A stretch of 64,000 bases of DNA from Nemertoderma westbladi (taxonomy: Eukaryota; Animalia; Xenacoelomorpha), in the NCBI GenBank assembly GCA_032718475.1, contig JAUCBJ010002303.1:1-64000 (forward strand), written 5' to 3'. Both the position numbers and the translations under genes were made by a program. Below the pieces are notes generated by a model. The model saw only the letters and a program-made list of their open reading frames with translations. It made no database searches and had not been told where the DNA came from. Shown piece by piece: positions 1 through 12,475 of this stretch (position 1 is the stretch's first letter; each line of letters starts with the position of its first letter).

Positions 1-775
1 TGATAATTTGTTAAAAGCAGTTTATTAAAAATAATATAAAAAATATTTTAATATAGTGTTAGTAATTTAGTGATAAATTAATTAAAATTAGCGATTCAAG
101 CTGTGTGGAATTCAGTATGAAAAAATATAATATTTAAAAAATAATAGATAAATAATCATCTCCAGCCTTGACATCCAACTAACTCTACGGTGGCTGATAA
201 AAACATGCAAAGTAATAATTAGTGGTATTATATTAATTACTAACTAACTAATGAGGTTGAGGTTTTTTTTTATTAAAGCTAATAAATACACAATAATTAA
301 ACGGTACCGGTATAGTCATATACAAATCAATGATTAGATTCAAAGATTATTGTTCAAAATCGGAATTATTATAAAATAAATAAAATATACATTAAATACA
401 AACTGACAAAGACTGTTGAAAATAGTTACATACAATGTGTGTATGCTTTGAGGATATCCTCATGAGGTTTAACCTCGTTTCCATGATTCAAAATTAAAAT
501 TTATAGCTTTGGTATCATAGTTTGTTGTTAAGTTAAGTACAAAAATTAAAATTATTATGATATATTATAAAAATATTAGGTAGGAATTTTAGTTCATTTA
601 AGAAAATAAAAAGGAAGGATAATTATTGGTAGGACATTTATGTACAGTTGATTTAAAAATATTAAAAAAAGGAGTGTGGCGCATAATAATTGGTAGTCCG
701 AAATAAAATAATGTTAAATATTTGTGAAATCTAAATAGATATTATCCGTACAACTCCTGATTAGTTTAGATGTTT

Positions 776-2218
776 TTACTTCTTGGTACAGCCGAGAACC
801 GTTGCAAATGGTTTCAGCAGCTCGATAACGAGTTCCACATCGGCAGTACGAAGTCCCAAAGCAACAACGAAACCGTCGACGCCATCGCGAATAATGATAC
901 CAATACCGTCGACGCCTCTTCTAACGGGAGCAAACCCTGAGTAGACAGAGCGACCGCTACCGAAATCTATAACGTGTTCGAATTGGGACCAGTTACTTAT
1001 GGCGTAGGTTGACAGGGAGAGAACAGATCGAGCGAACGGGTTCACAAGCCAATCCTTCCTCTCCACGGACTGGAGATACGAGATCTGATTCCTAATGCGT
1101 TCCACGTCCATCTCCACCACGGAGTTCCTCACCAGTTCCGCGCATTCCAACACGATCTTGGATGCGTCCCTCGCCTCGTCTAGGATGACGTCACGTCGTA
1201 CTGAGGACCACGCATACAACGACGAGTTCCCGAAGAACCCATCGGGGAGCGGTGGGTCCAGCCGTCCGGACCTCCGTACCGACACCGCGATGGTAAGGAA
1301 CAAATCTTCCGGGAACTTCTCCCCGGCCCGGAAGCCTCTCGCCCGCGATACCGCCCACCACACAGCCCCGCAAATGACGTCATTGTTACTTAGCGACGAT
1401 TTCGGGCCTCGCAGTTGGGCGATGGCAGAACGTGAGAAACGTAACCGAAGGGTTTCCATGGAGGGAGCGAGGAAAGATAGATTGGCGATGAGTTTACCAC
1501 GTCGTCTGATTAACCAGGAGATTAAAGTGCGGATATAACTGGGAAACTTGGAAGGAGAATATAGTAAGGAGGGGGAGGGAGATTCATTAGCCCTAAACGG
1601 AGGGAAAGCGAATTCCCCTATTGAGTTTATAGAGATGTCCTGGGGTGATTCGCCTCGACAGAAGGAGGCAAAATTCCGAGCGAGAGAGAAGAAAGTACTA
1701 GCGTCAGCGATGCAATGGTGCAGGGCCATGGTGAGTGCACAGCCTCCATCGGAGAGCGTCGTGTGCTGAACGACAAACACCGGTGACGGATGGAGTACGC
1801 CGGTCCAACTGTCTGGATACGCGTCGAATATCTCCGCTACGGGGAGCAGCGAGGGGGGTAGGTCATCGGGGGAGGTTGTCGTTGTAAAGGAGAGGGACTC
1901 AGCCGATATTAGGAGGGCAGTCTCTGTGAAGGGGGAGCCTCCGCGCGACCATCGGCCGTCTGGGTGTCTACGGTACTCCCTGGCCAATACGGCGGCGTAT
2001 AGCGGGGTTGCTAGGAGACGCTGTAACCCCGATCGAAGGGATGAGAATGTGGGAGCCCCTCGGGAGTCGAACACCCAGAGGAAGCTGATGTAGCAGGGCG
2101 GGACTGTGTGGTCCAGTACGGTTAGGAATGTGTCTGTGAGGGGTCCGTACACAGCCGTGGTAGACAATGCCTCCTCGGTCGGTAGTCGTATCCGTTCAAG
2201 TTCATAAACATCATTCAT
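776..2218 (-). CDS. BAHD-family acyl-CoA-dependent acyltransferase (Transferase family), intronless
   Basis: 480-aa ORF with catalytic HxxxD (HHCIAD), SNNDVICGAVWWAVSRAR, RLDPPLPDGFFGN and a C-terminal DFGSG (DFGWG-like) motif. Clearly more GC-rich than its flanks. Confidence 0.88.
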   Translation of the reverse strand: MNDVYELERIRLPTEEALSTTAVYGPLTDTFLTVLDHTVPPCYISFLWVFDSRGAPTFSSLRSGLQRLLATPLYAAVLAREYRRHPDGRWSRGGSPFTETALLISAESLSFTTTTSPDDLPPSLLPVAEIFDAYPDSWTGVLHPSPVFVVQHTTLSDGGCALTMALHHCIADASTFFSLARNFASFCRGESPQDISINSIGEFAFPPFRANESPSPSLLYSPSKFPSYIRTLISWLIRRRGKLIANLSFLAPSMETLRLRFSRSAIAQLRGPKSSLSNNDVICGAVWWAVSRARGFRAGEKFPEDLFLTIAVSVRRSGRLDPPLPDGFFGNSSLYAWSSVRRDVILDEARDASKIVLECAELVRNSVVEMDVERIRNQISYLQSVERKDWLVNPFARSVLSLSTYAISNWSQFEHVIDFGSGRSVYSGFAPVRRGVDGIGIIIRDGVDGFVVALGLRTADVELVIELLKPFATVLGCTKK

Positions 2219-3368
2219 TGTAATTTGTAACCGTCGTGGGTGGGTAAGGTGGCCTTGATGGGTAAACTTCTTATATTAGTAGAGCAGGATCAGTTAGCCT
2301 ATGGTTTTCTGTGACAGATTTAATTAAGTTCTGGCCCTGTCTTCACTACCGAAACTTACAGTATGCCCGTATGGAGCCAAAAAGGTTACTGTATGTTTAC
2401 CATTTTTTTTAATCTTGTATTTCAAACTTGAACTTATAAAAGTATTGCAGTATTGACATTCAGTTGTTTAATTTTGTTAGGCGTACATCAGCACATTAAA
2501 TAATTAGAGGATAAGTAATGCTTTAACGGTAAACTATGAATTTAAGTTTAGGAGGATAGAAATTTCCTTCAGAATGAATTTTCGTCAATATTTTGAAATT
2601 GCCGTCACAATCTAACACTCACTGATTTACAGTGTAGCCAATTAAAAGTAAATATTCTAATTTGATTGCACAACTGACAACATACTCGGCGTTACCAACT
2701 TAGAAGTTAAATATTAATAAAACAGAATGATCAATTTTTCGCATTATTTGATTGTTGTTAAATTCAAAAGCAAGATATAATTAGAGATAGATAGGGCGAG
2801 GTAATAACTTTTGCTATTATTAAGATAAATATTGTTCTTATGGGAAAATTACGAAAAATCGAAGAGCGGACAGTGTTATTCACATGGAAGGCAAAATAGC
2901 TTTATTGATAACTTTTGGAGAAATAATTATACAAAAAAATTAAAATATTGTAAATCCGACAGCATCCCCATCCCCACCCCCTCCATGTTGTATAAAACAG
3001 GCTAGGAGGAAACTTGATGCAAATCACGTCTATTTTCCCATGGGGAGGGATGAATTTTGATAGAGTAGAAGCAGCTAATGTATAAAATTGTATCTGACTG
3101 TGAAGAAAACAAAATAAACTTTAATTATTGTCATTCATTACCTATTTGCTATTTATTGCAATGTATAAAATTGAGTACCATAAACCTGACTTAAAAGAAA
3201 ACAGAATAAACTGTAATTATTATAATTACCTACCTATATTTATTACGATGTATAATAATGAGTACCGGTACCGCATACTTCTAACTTATGTCTAACTTAT
3301 GTTCAGAAAGTACAGTGCAGGCATTGCACTGTCTACGGGTAATACGGGTGTGATTCCCTGATTAAACG

Positions 3369-3956
3369 TCAATTCTTTAAAAATGAGGGATCGTTTTGCA
3401 ATTTATTCAGAACCAATTCGTACCACTTTTGAACCTCTTTTAAAGGCACAAATAACTCCGATGGTTGTGGGGTCATTTGGCTTTGTGTTATTGCGAAGGA
3501 GGCGATATAATTAAACAGCTGATTGGCTAATTTCTGGGGCAAGTCTATATTCAGTGTTGCGTTAGCTGCATTCGGAGTTAATTGCGAGATTTCAGCATCC
3601 GACTTTATTTGTATTCCCAGTTGAGTCGGCGTAGTGGAAGTGAAAGCGTCGCCGAAACCGTGAGGTGTAGTCACAGCGCGGGATTGTAAGGAATCCAGTC
3701 CGGACAGTTTAAACACGGCGCTGGGTTTCGCGTTGCTAAGGAACCCGAGATACAGCCATGCCTGTTGGCCGTCGTTCCTAGGGAAACCGAAGTAAACGGC
3801 CCCTGCGAAACCGGTCGGAAAAGGGACCGCGCCGGTGAGGAAGACTACGAGATGGTGGATAGAAGTGGCGTCCGTCACGGTAGTGAGGAAGCTGGTTTCG
3901 TCGATTTGTTGGAAATCGGTTTGAACTAGACGCCCTGATGCTACACAGGCGAACAT
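3369..3956 (-). CDS. HIKESHI: Hikeshi (Hsp70 nuclear import carrier; OPI10/C11orf73 family), intronless
   Basis: N-terminus MFACVASGRLVQTDFQQ..HLVVFLTGAVPFP.GFAGAVYF, internal LGFLSNAKPSAVFK, and C-terminal FVPLKEVQKWYE...KLQNDPSF match the family; 195 aa. Confidence 0.93.
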   Translation of the reverse strand: MFACVASGRLVQTDFQQIDETSFLTTVTDATSIHHLVVFLTGAVPFPTGFAGAVYFGFPRNDGQQAWLYLGFLSNAKPSAVFKLSGLDSLQSRAVTTPHGFGDAFTSTTPTQLGIQIKSDAEISQLTPNAANATLNIDLPQKLANQLFNYIASFAITQSQMTPQPSELFVPLKEVQKWYELVLNKLQNDPSFLKN

Positions 3957-4106
3957 TGCACGGTAGGGCCTATTGTTATAAGCAGAATAACTTAGAAAGT
4001 GGCAAAGACTGACAAGAACTGTTGAACTGAAAATATCCGAATTTATGCCACCTATGCGTATGACCTACCAAGACAATACCAGCCTACCGCTGTATGGCTA
4101 TTCCGA

Positions 4107-4521
4107 GGTAATGTAGCGTTAGGTCTAAATCGGTATACCTTAGGTCCTGTAGCGTTAGGTCCCGTAGCTTTAGGTCCTGGCGCGTTAGGTCCTGTAGCAT
4201 TAGGTCCTGTAGCTTTAGGTCCTGGCGCATTAGGTCCTGTAGCATTAGGTCCTATAGCATATATCTGACTGTTGATTCTCTATTAATCTATTCTACAATA
4301 TCCCTAACTCTCGTTTGTTTTGGTTCCTTTCAACTCGCCTCTGTAACATGCTCTTTTACTAACCTGCCTGGTTTTGGAGGCAGACTGGACCTACTGACCT
4401 AATGGCACGGCCCTAACGCTACCAGGACCTAACGCCACGGATCTAATGCTACCAGAAACCTAATGCTACGGACCTAACGCTACCAAGGACCTAAAGCGCC
4501 AGGACCTAACGCACCATAACC
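4107..4521. mobile_element. Mutator/foldback-like MITE with repeat-built inverted arms and 9-bp TSD
   Basis: CTATTCCGA is directly repeated at 4098-4106 and 4522-4530. The left arm is built of GTAGCGTTAGGTCCT units and the right arm of the reverse complement AGGACCTAACGCTAC. Confidence 0.8.
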
Positions 4522-4769
4522 CTATTCCGACAGTAAACAAAACATGGACTCAGTCCAGCAGAAAATCGATCGTAATATCATTCAATCGCTGGATGAACTT
4601 GTAAGCCATGTGAATGACTTCTGCAACCTTATTGCCTTGGATTGGAACATATGGGATATGACGTATCGTGAAGATCTCGCGGTCGCGAGTCCCAGAAATT
4701 GCAAAAGGGTACCTACTCTACTTTCCCTTTGTTATTTTTACCTTAGACCTATGCCTATGACATAAGCTA

Positions 4770-4960
4770 TGAGGTGTTATATAACGTCTTGGAAAGACCC
4801 AGCACCACCCCACGGAGATACCGCCTGAAGCTTGCTGGGCACTGTTGCCGCCGGCGGTACACAACCTTGTGTTATTGCAGCCTGATGGTGTGGTGAGAAT
4901 ATGTACACGTGGTAGCCAGCCTATAACTTTCTTCAGAGGCCTGCTCAGGAACACTGGACT

Positions 4961-4991
<31 letters not shown>

Positions 4992-5060
4992 TGTACTTCT
5001 GTATGAAAGAGTTGCGATCTGGTGGACCTTGCTGGGTCTGCCGCTGCCGTCACTGAATCT
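4770..5060 (+). mobile_element. Degenerate 3' fragment of an RTE-like LINE
   Basis: Translates to RLKLAGHCCR..VHNLVLLQPDG..GSQPITFFRGLLRNTGLK, homologous to the C-terminus of the neighbouring RTE ORF (RLRFAGHCFRR..VHNLVLWQPHG..GGQPMTFLRRILKDTGLK). Confidence 0.65.
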
Positions 5061-5260
5061 TAGTGCAAGCCATTTATCACATCATCATATTAACAAGAAA
5101 AATGTACCGAGGCTCCTGTTCTCAATTAAATATCTACCAATTTTCAGGCTAAAAATGTTAATAAACTGTTTTAATTTATAAATGAATATGATAGGTTGGA
5201 ATTTGTGTTAACACTAAAAACGTTGGCAACACTCGACCAAAGCAAAAAACAATAGACCCG

Positions 5261-5300
5261 AGTCAGAAATTGCCAGATAATGAGCTACAGTAGGCCTACT
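5261..5300. repeat. 40-bp target-site duplication of the RTE (second copy at 7126-7165)
   Basis: AGTCAGAAATTGCCAGATAATGAGCTACAGTAGGCCTACT is identical at both ends of the element. Confidence 0.9.
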
Positions 5301-7125
5301 ACTACTACTAGGATCGGCATGCTGCATTGCAGCTGCATTTTTAAGAATGCTGTGCCGGCTTGTCAACAAAATTGCACCGCCACAACTCCCTATCACCCAT
5401 GACATTTGCTAGATCATCCGCATCTTTAAGGCCAGTGTCCTTTAAGATGCGTCTCAAGAAAGTCATGGGCTGTCCACCATGCTTATTCACTCCATGAGGC
5501 TGCCAAAGTACAAGATTATGCACTGGCTGGTCCTCACGGCGAAAGCAATGTCCTGCAAAGCGGAGGCGATTTTGTTCTAGTGTCAAGCTTGGGGGAACCA
5601 ATGAGACACCTCCAATGTTATATAGTGTCTGGTTGGAGATGTGTGCATTGTACTAGACACAATGAACCCGGCGTAGCATTCTTGTGAATGGTGCCATCCA
5701 GAGATTTGGTGTCCTCAGCAGTTAGAGCCCAGCATGGACTCCCGTAGAGGAGTACTGGAACTACTGCTGCTCTAAATAATCGGACCTTAAGTTTCCGATT
5801 AATTCTCGGTGACTTCCAAATCCTGGAAAGCCTATTCAAGGCTGCCCATGCCTTTCCCTTACGTATTCGAAGGTCCTCACCTGACTTCCGGATCCATGAT
5901 CCCAGGTAACAGAAGTCGTCCACATGCTCAAGCATACCATCCTTTGAGCTTATGCTCATCCGATCAGAGACTTGCTGAGGACTTTCACAGTTAACGGTCA
6001 GAATTTTGGTCTTTCTGGAGTTAATAAAAAGACCAACACTAGAAGCAGCATGTTCTAATGAGCTGAGGAGCCGTTGGGCTCCCTCTAATGATTCTGAGAG
6101 TACTCCTAAGTCATCAGCAAAGTCTAGATCAGTTAGGTACTTGGCAGGATTTCCTCGACTTCTGGAGCCAGTAGGTGGAGTTATCATCACCCCATCATCA
6201 TTATGATGATCTAAGGACATGCGTAGAACATAGTCAACCACAATAATGAACAAGTATGGTGCAGGTGTGTCTCCTTGGAGGACGCCCCATAACACTTCAA
6301 ATTGTTCTGTGTCACCGTCAACAGTATAGACACAAATGTTGTCGAACCATCGTATACTGATCTGATTGCTGCAATAATTTCATCAGGAATCCCATATAAT
6401 GAAAGTATGCTGAACATACGTGAGCGAGAGACTGAATCAAAGGCCTTGAAGAAGTCAACAAAGATAACAGCCAGATGCCTGTCTTTCTTTTTTGATAATT
6501 CTTCAATTATCCTTCTAAGTGCCAAAATGGGCTCCATGGTCCCACGACCTTTACGGAACCCATTCTGATTTCCACGGAGCAGTCTCTCAATGGGATCCCT
6601 GATGCGATTTAATAGAATCCTATTGTATAGCTTTGCAGCAATCGAGATCAATGAGACTCCCCGAAAAGAACCATGGAGTGTTAGGTTGCCCTTCTTGGGA
6701 ACTGGCACCAACTTATTTGTTTTAATTTCTTGTGGGACTCTTGTTGTTCGGTACATGTCTACTATGATGGGATAGATGAGCTTTAAACACTCAGGTATTT
6801 TAAAGACCTCGGGGGGAACACCATCTACTCCACTGGCACGATTGGTCTTAATGCTCTTTGCAGCAGCCTTCACTTCTGCAAAGGAGATATCACCAATGGG
6901 AATATCTAGGAGTACAGACTCAGACACTTTTACTTCTATAAAGTTATCAGGCAATACCCTGTCATTATTGAGGAGCTTTTCAAAGTGGGCTTTCCAACCA
7001 TTGAGGCGATCGGCTGGTGATTCAGCCTTAACCTTGGTGGTTGGTTGGCTTTTCCGCCCAGTAAGCAGATTGATTGATTTCCATGCCTGGGATGATTGCC
7101 TGCTGTCGTCAGCATCATTGATGGC
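5301..7125 (-). mobile_element. 5'-truncated RTE-clade non-LTR retrotransposon with frameshifted RT
   Basis: RT motifs NQNGFRKGR, FVDFFKAFDSV, GVLQGDTPAPYLF and DLDFADD are spread over three ORFs. It has a (TAG)n tail at ~5301-5311 and a flanking 40-bp direct repeat. Confidence 0.9.
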
Positions 7126-7584
7126 AGTCAGAAATTGCCAGATAATGAGCTACAGTAGGCCTACTGTATCTTTGTCACAACAGTAATATTATTTTATACA
7201 CTTCCAGTACATATTCAAAGAGGTCTAGATACTTAAACTTTAAACGAATGTTCCAAGAAACACTCAATGGAGGTCAACTGCTTAAATGACCAAGGTGCCC
7301 AGGTTCAGGAAAGCAGGCTGACTACGTTATTTCGATTTACTATTGATGGCTACGTTAAAACATACAAGGGCAGTCATCTAACCCCAAGCGAAATCCCCAT
7401 TTAATTAACCACAACTTCCATCTCCATACCCCCTAAGATAAAATCGCTGTAAACCTTCCCAAGGGCGCGCTCCATGTAGGCGGGAGGGGGCTATCACCTT
7501 GGCATAATAGATCAGCGCAGTAGGGTATGGGTGTAAACGTTAAGCAGACACTGGTGCAGACACGTGGTGCAGACACTGGTACTG

Positions 7585-10500
7585 TGTAGTACTTCTGCTA
7601 TTTAGTCAGTTGTCAGTCATGCAGTACACTAGGCCTAATGCTTGGTTTGTTCTATATCCATACTTATATCAACATCATTAATATACGTCATACTAAGTTC
7701 ACCAAACCCCCCTACTCATATACGTCATGGCACACTGCTTCCTGGCTTCCGAACACGCCGATAAACTGGACCTACGAACTCCTACTATTCCCCATTAACA
7801 ACATGGCGACAGATCCACGCAACCCCCACACCTTCATCCTGCGAAGCTCCCCGCCCGCCTTTGACATCGAGTCGGAGAAGGCAACCAGCCGTGGGACCTC
7901 TCTCCGACCCGGCGAATCCCCCGGATGCTGCCGTCACCAACGACCTACGTCGATCCACCCTCTGTCTACACCACGCCGCGCTCACTTCGGCGTTCTCTCG
8001 CGCCACTAACGCGGTAGTAAAGGGGCTCGCCCTTACTACCGAACAAAACGCGAACTCGGAGGACGTCATCGATCAGTTGGGGCGGCACATCGATGGCGGG
8101 ACCAACCGACGGGTTTAACGGCAGCAATTGGCCCGACGTCACCGCCTCCCCGAGGAGAGTCCGGAGTCCTTCCTCGTCGCCCTCCGGGACCTGGCCGCCA
8201 AGTGCGACTTCGCCGCGCTCGCCACTAAGGAGGCCCACCAATAGGACCGCCTGCTGGACCAGTTCACTGCGGGATTCGGCGACAAAGAAGTTACAGAGCA
8301 ACTCCTCCGTCTCCCCAACGACTGTTCCCTCGGCGACGCACTGCGGCTCGCCCAAGCCGTCTGGGCAGCGCGCAAGGACGCCGCATCGCTCGCCCTGCCC
8401 TCGAACCCTGCCGCCGCCGTCACCAGCGTTACAGCCGCACCCCGGCGCTACCAACAGGGCCCGGTCCATGAGGAGCGACAACCGAAGTCATCCTCCAAGT
8501 GCCCTCAGTGCGGTTACCCCCCACACCAGGCCGGCAAACGTTGTCCGGGTGCTACGGCCCGTTGCCGCCACTGCAACCAATTCGGCCACTACGACCGAAT
8601 GTGCCGCTGCCACCCAACGCCGAACCCACGGACTAACTACACCACCCATGAACCCGACAACGGACGGGACGACCACGAGTCCGTCCACAACGCCCAGGTC
8701 TGGTCCACGATCCTGGACGGACTCGACCTGGACTCCATCCCGGACGTCTCGGCCACGGAGAGACTCGAGTTCCTCGAAACCGTGACCATCGGCTTCCAGG
8801 TCACCAAAGACCCGACCCGCGGTATCCCGGAGCTGCAGTTCCTTCCGGACTCCGGAGCCAACGTGACCACCATCCCTTGGCGGATCTACAGGGCGTTCGG
8901 AGGCCGCCACGAGAACCTCCGCCACCCCGACGGCCAACCGATGACGAGCCACAAGGACTCCGAGACCCCGCTGGCACACCGCCTCGCCAATGGGAGCCGC
9001 CTCGGGTGGACCTTTAAGGGGATATTTAACGCCACCCTCCAGTGCACCACCCTCGGAACTGTGTGCACCAACGGCCTATGGGTGCTCGACGGGTTGCAAC
9101 AGCCCCTCCTCTCCCGAAGGGTGTGTTTCACCCTGTGAGTACTGCGGAGTCCGATACTACGCGGTGGCAACTTGGCGGCAATTACGAACCACATGGTTAT
9201 AGAACAAACCAAGCCAATCACGCCGCCACCACCCACTGGTGCCCAGCCACCAGTCCCGGTTGGGCCACCCAAACCCAACGCCAACACACCGTCACCCCCA
9301 CCGGGCGCTCCGGCACCCCCAGTAGCATCCGCCCACTCCGACTGGGAAGCCCTACACCGCCGTCAGGGCAGTGCCGAGTCATGGCGGGAGGGGAACTCAC
9401 CATCAACCTCACCCCCGGCGCCCAGCCCAACCAGTCCTATACGAACCGCTCCATCCCTGTCAACCTGGAGGCCGCGTTCAACCGGGAACTCGACGACCAG
9501 ATCGCCATGGGAATCCTGGAGCCCGCCGGGGACGAGAACAACCCGGGCGAGTGGCTCAGCCCGATGGTCGTTACGCGGAAGAAAAGCGACCCCAACAAAG
9601 TCCGCATAACGGTTGATTTACGCGAACTTAATAAAGCCACAGTTCGCCCCAACTACTTCTCCCACTCTCCGTTCCACGTCGTCTCGAGAATTCCCACCTC
9701 GGCCCGCTACTTCACCGTTCGCGACGGTCTTAAAGGGTTTCACCAGGTGGGCCTCGACCTCGCCAGCCGCCGTCTCACCACCTTCACAACCCCACGCGGC
9801 CGCTTCCGCTACCGGCGGATGCCCATGGGGTGGCACGGCAGCTCCGATGTGTTTAACGCGAGGATGGCCTCAGCGGAGTCCCCAACATCGGGTGGATAGT
9901 GGAGGATGTCATCATCCACACTGACACGGCCGAGGAACACCCGGAGGCCGTCGCCCGCGTCCTCGCAGCCTGCGACACCGCCAACGTATCGCTGAACACC
10001 GACAAAGTTCAGTACTGCCTCCCCGAGGTCCGGTTCGGGGGCTACCTCGTCAGTCACGGGCACTACCGGATCGATCCGGCCCTCACCGACGACCTCTGCC
10101 ACTTCCCGGCCCCAACTAGCCGCCGCGAACTCCGTTCCTTCCTGGGCCTCGCTCAACAGTTGGGAAACTCGACTCCCGAGATCTCCCAACTCGTCGACCC
10201 CCTCCGCAGTCTCAACACGGACAGGGCCGCCTGGGTTTGGCTTCCGCAGCACCAGAACGCGTTCGAGGCAACCCGGACCGTGCTGTCGAGTCCACTATAC
10301 CTCTCGGGTTTCCACCCCGACAGGCGGACTGAACTACTGACTGACGCCTCGCGCCTCCACGGCCACGGCTTCCTCCTCCGGCAGTGGGACCCGGCCCCAA
10401 ACCAATGGCTCACCATCCAGTGCGACTCCCGAACACTCGCCAAACACGAGGCGAACTGGTCCGGGATGGCCGAGCTGGAGGCCCTCGGGGCGGCCTGGGC

Positions 10501-12165
10501 GGCTCATAAATGCCGCTACTTTCTACATGGGCTGAACCACTTCGAGCTAGTCACCGACTGCAGCCCCTTAATACCCATCCTAAATGACAGGCGACTCGAC
10601 CAAGTCACCAACGATCGGCTACTAAAGCTGAAGACGGCCCTCTCGCGGTTTAACTTTACCGCGCGCCACCAGAAGGGGGCCCGCCACCTCGTCGCCGACG
10701 CGTTCTCCCGCTGCCCGCGCAAAAAACCCACTCCGGACGACTTCGTCCTCGCAGCCGAAGATGACAACGACCACGAGTTTATTGTCTCTGCTGCTCTCGC
10801 CGAGTCCATTCCGACGATCGACGACCGCGATGCCCGCATCCAGGAGATCCGGACAGCCGGTGCCGTCGACCCGATCTACATGGCGCTCCTCGCCATGATC
10901 TGGGACGGCTGGCCGATGTCCCGCCACAACGTGGCTAACGACGACATGCGGCCCTACTTCCAGCACCGCACGGAACTGATGGTCCATGATGGAGTAATCC
11001 TTCGTGGGCCGCAGATCTACATCCCGGGGGCGCTCCGGCCCAACACCCTCCGACTGCTCCACGCCGCCCACCAGGGACTCAATAAAACCCGGGAACGTGC
11101 GGCCTGGTCGGTCTGGTGGCCTACGATATCGAACGACATCGCCGTCGCCATCGAACGCTGCCAGTCCTGCCAGTCGTCCCTGCCCTCCCACGCACCGGAA
11201 CCCCTCCAACGGAACCCCGAGGCCACCCGCCCATTCCAGAGGATCCACGCCGACCTGTTCGTCGTCGACAGCACCAACTACATGGTCGCTACCGACGAAT
11301 ATACCGGCTGGCCCGCGTTGTTCCTCCTCGGTTCCGATACGACATCCGCTGCCATCATCCGTAACCTCCGGCTCCTGTTCCTCGCCACAGCAGTCCCCCT
11401 GGAGTTCCACCCAGATGGCGGCCCACAGTTCGTATCCGAGGCCGTGAAGAACTTCCTCAACAACTGGGGGGTTCACTTAAACCCGTCGTCGCCCCACCTA
11501 CCCCGCACAAACGGCCACGCCGAAGCCGCCGTCAAGGCGATGAAGCGACTCGTCCGGGGCGCCGACCACGACGTCGACCTTATAGCCCAGGGTGTACTCG
11601 CGTTCCGCAACACCCCACGATATGGAGGGCGCTCACCTGCGGAACTCCTCTACGGACGCAATATCCGGGAAGCTTTGCCCGCCCACTTCAACTCATTCGA
11701 CCCCAAGTGGAGGAAGAGCTTCCAGGAACTCGACGAGGTTGCCGGACAGACTAAAAGCAACCTCCGCGCAGCCTACGACCTCCGCACCCGCCCCCTCCAT
11801 GTCATACCCGTAGGGACACCCGTCCTCGTCCAGGACGCTACCACCAAGCGTTGGACGGGACGAGGCGTGGTCGTCGAGGCGCTGGCGAACCACGACTACA
11901 TGGTCCGCCAGGAGAGTGGACGCGTCCTGCGGCGCAACCGCGTCTTCCTCCGCCCACGCACCGCCTCGGAAGGTGGACCACCCACTCCCACCCCGATCCT
12001 ACCCAGCCCTCCCCCGGTTATCCCGCAAATCGCTCCGCCCGCTGCCCCAGAGCCCGAGGCCCCTCGGCCAGTGACACCCCCGACCTGGGCCGACATCGCC
12101 TCACCGACCCCACCACAACGCGCGGACCAACGGACTCAATCAATTACACGTTCTGGGCGCAATAT
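7585..12165 (+). mobile_element. Ty3/Gypsy LTR retrotransposon, GC-rich, frameshifted, no 3' LTR visible
   Basis: Probable 5' LTR at ~7585-7803 followed by a TGGCGAC PBS-like site. Gag CCHC, protease FLPDSGA, RT (VRITVDLRELN, FRYRRMPMG), RNase H (TDAS) and integrase (HQG..CQSC, DGGPQF, NGHAE) occur in Gypsy order. Confidence 0.88.
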
Positions 12166-12475
12166 ACAGTGGTGTAGACACTGGTGCAGACAGTGGTGCA
12201 GACATTGTGCATACAGTGGTGCATACAGTGGTGCAGACAGTGGTGCAGACAGTGGTGCAGACTGTGGTACAGACACTGGTGCAGACACTGGTGCAGACAC
12301 TGGTGCAGACACTGGTGCAGACAGTGGTGCAGACAGTGGCGAAGACACTGGTGCAGACACTGGTGCAGACAGTGGTGCAGTCAGTGGTGCATACAGTGGT
12401 ACAGACTCTGGTGCAGACAGTGGTGCAGACACTGGTGCAGACAGTGGTGCAGACACTGGTGCAGACACCTGGTGA
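9899..12475 (+). pseudogene. Gypsy pol C-terminal part (RT end, RNase H, integrase) reading through into a minisatellite
   Basis: 858-aa ORF with RNase H and integrase motifs. The tail (GADT/GADS)n is the translated 12-bp repeat. Confidence 0.8.
12166..12473. repeat. 12-bp minisatellite (CAC/GTGGTGCAGA)n; a short tract of the same unit lies at 7545-7582
   Basis: About 25 tandem units. The same unit flanks the left end of the Gypsy element. Confidence 0.9.

Noticed and set aside
4544-4765. 73-aa ORF divergent from Hikeshi as a possible first exon
   Set aside because: No recognisable homology, and the apparent next exon is an RTE fragment.
7785-12096. Many overlapping antisense and alternate-frame ORFs
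   Set aside because: Shadow ORFs expected in GC-rich retrotransposon coding DNA.
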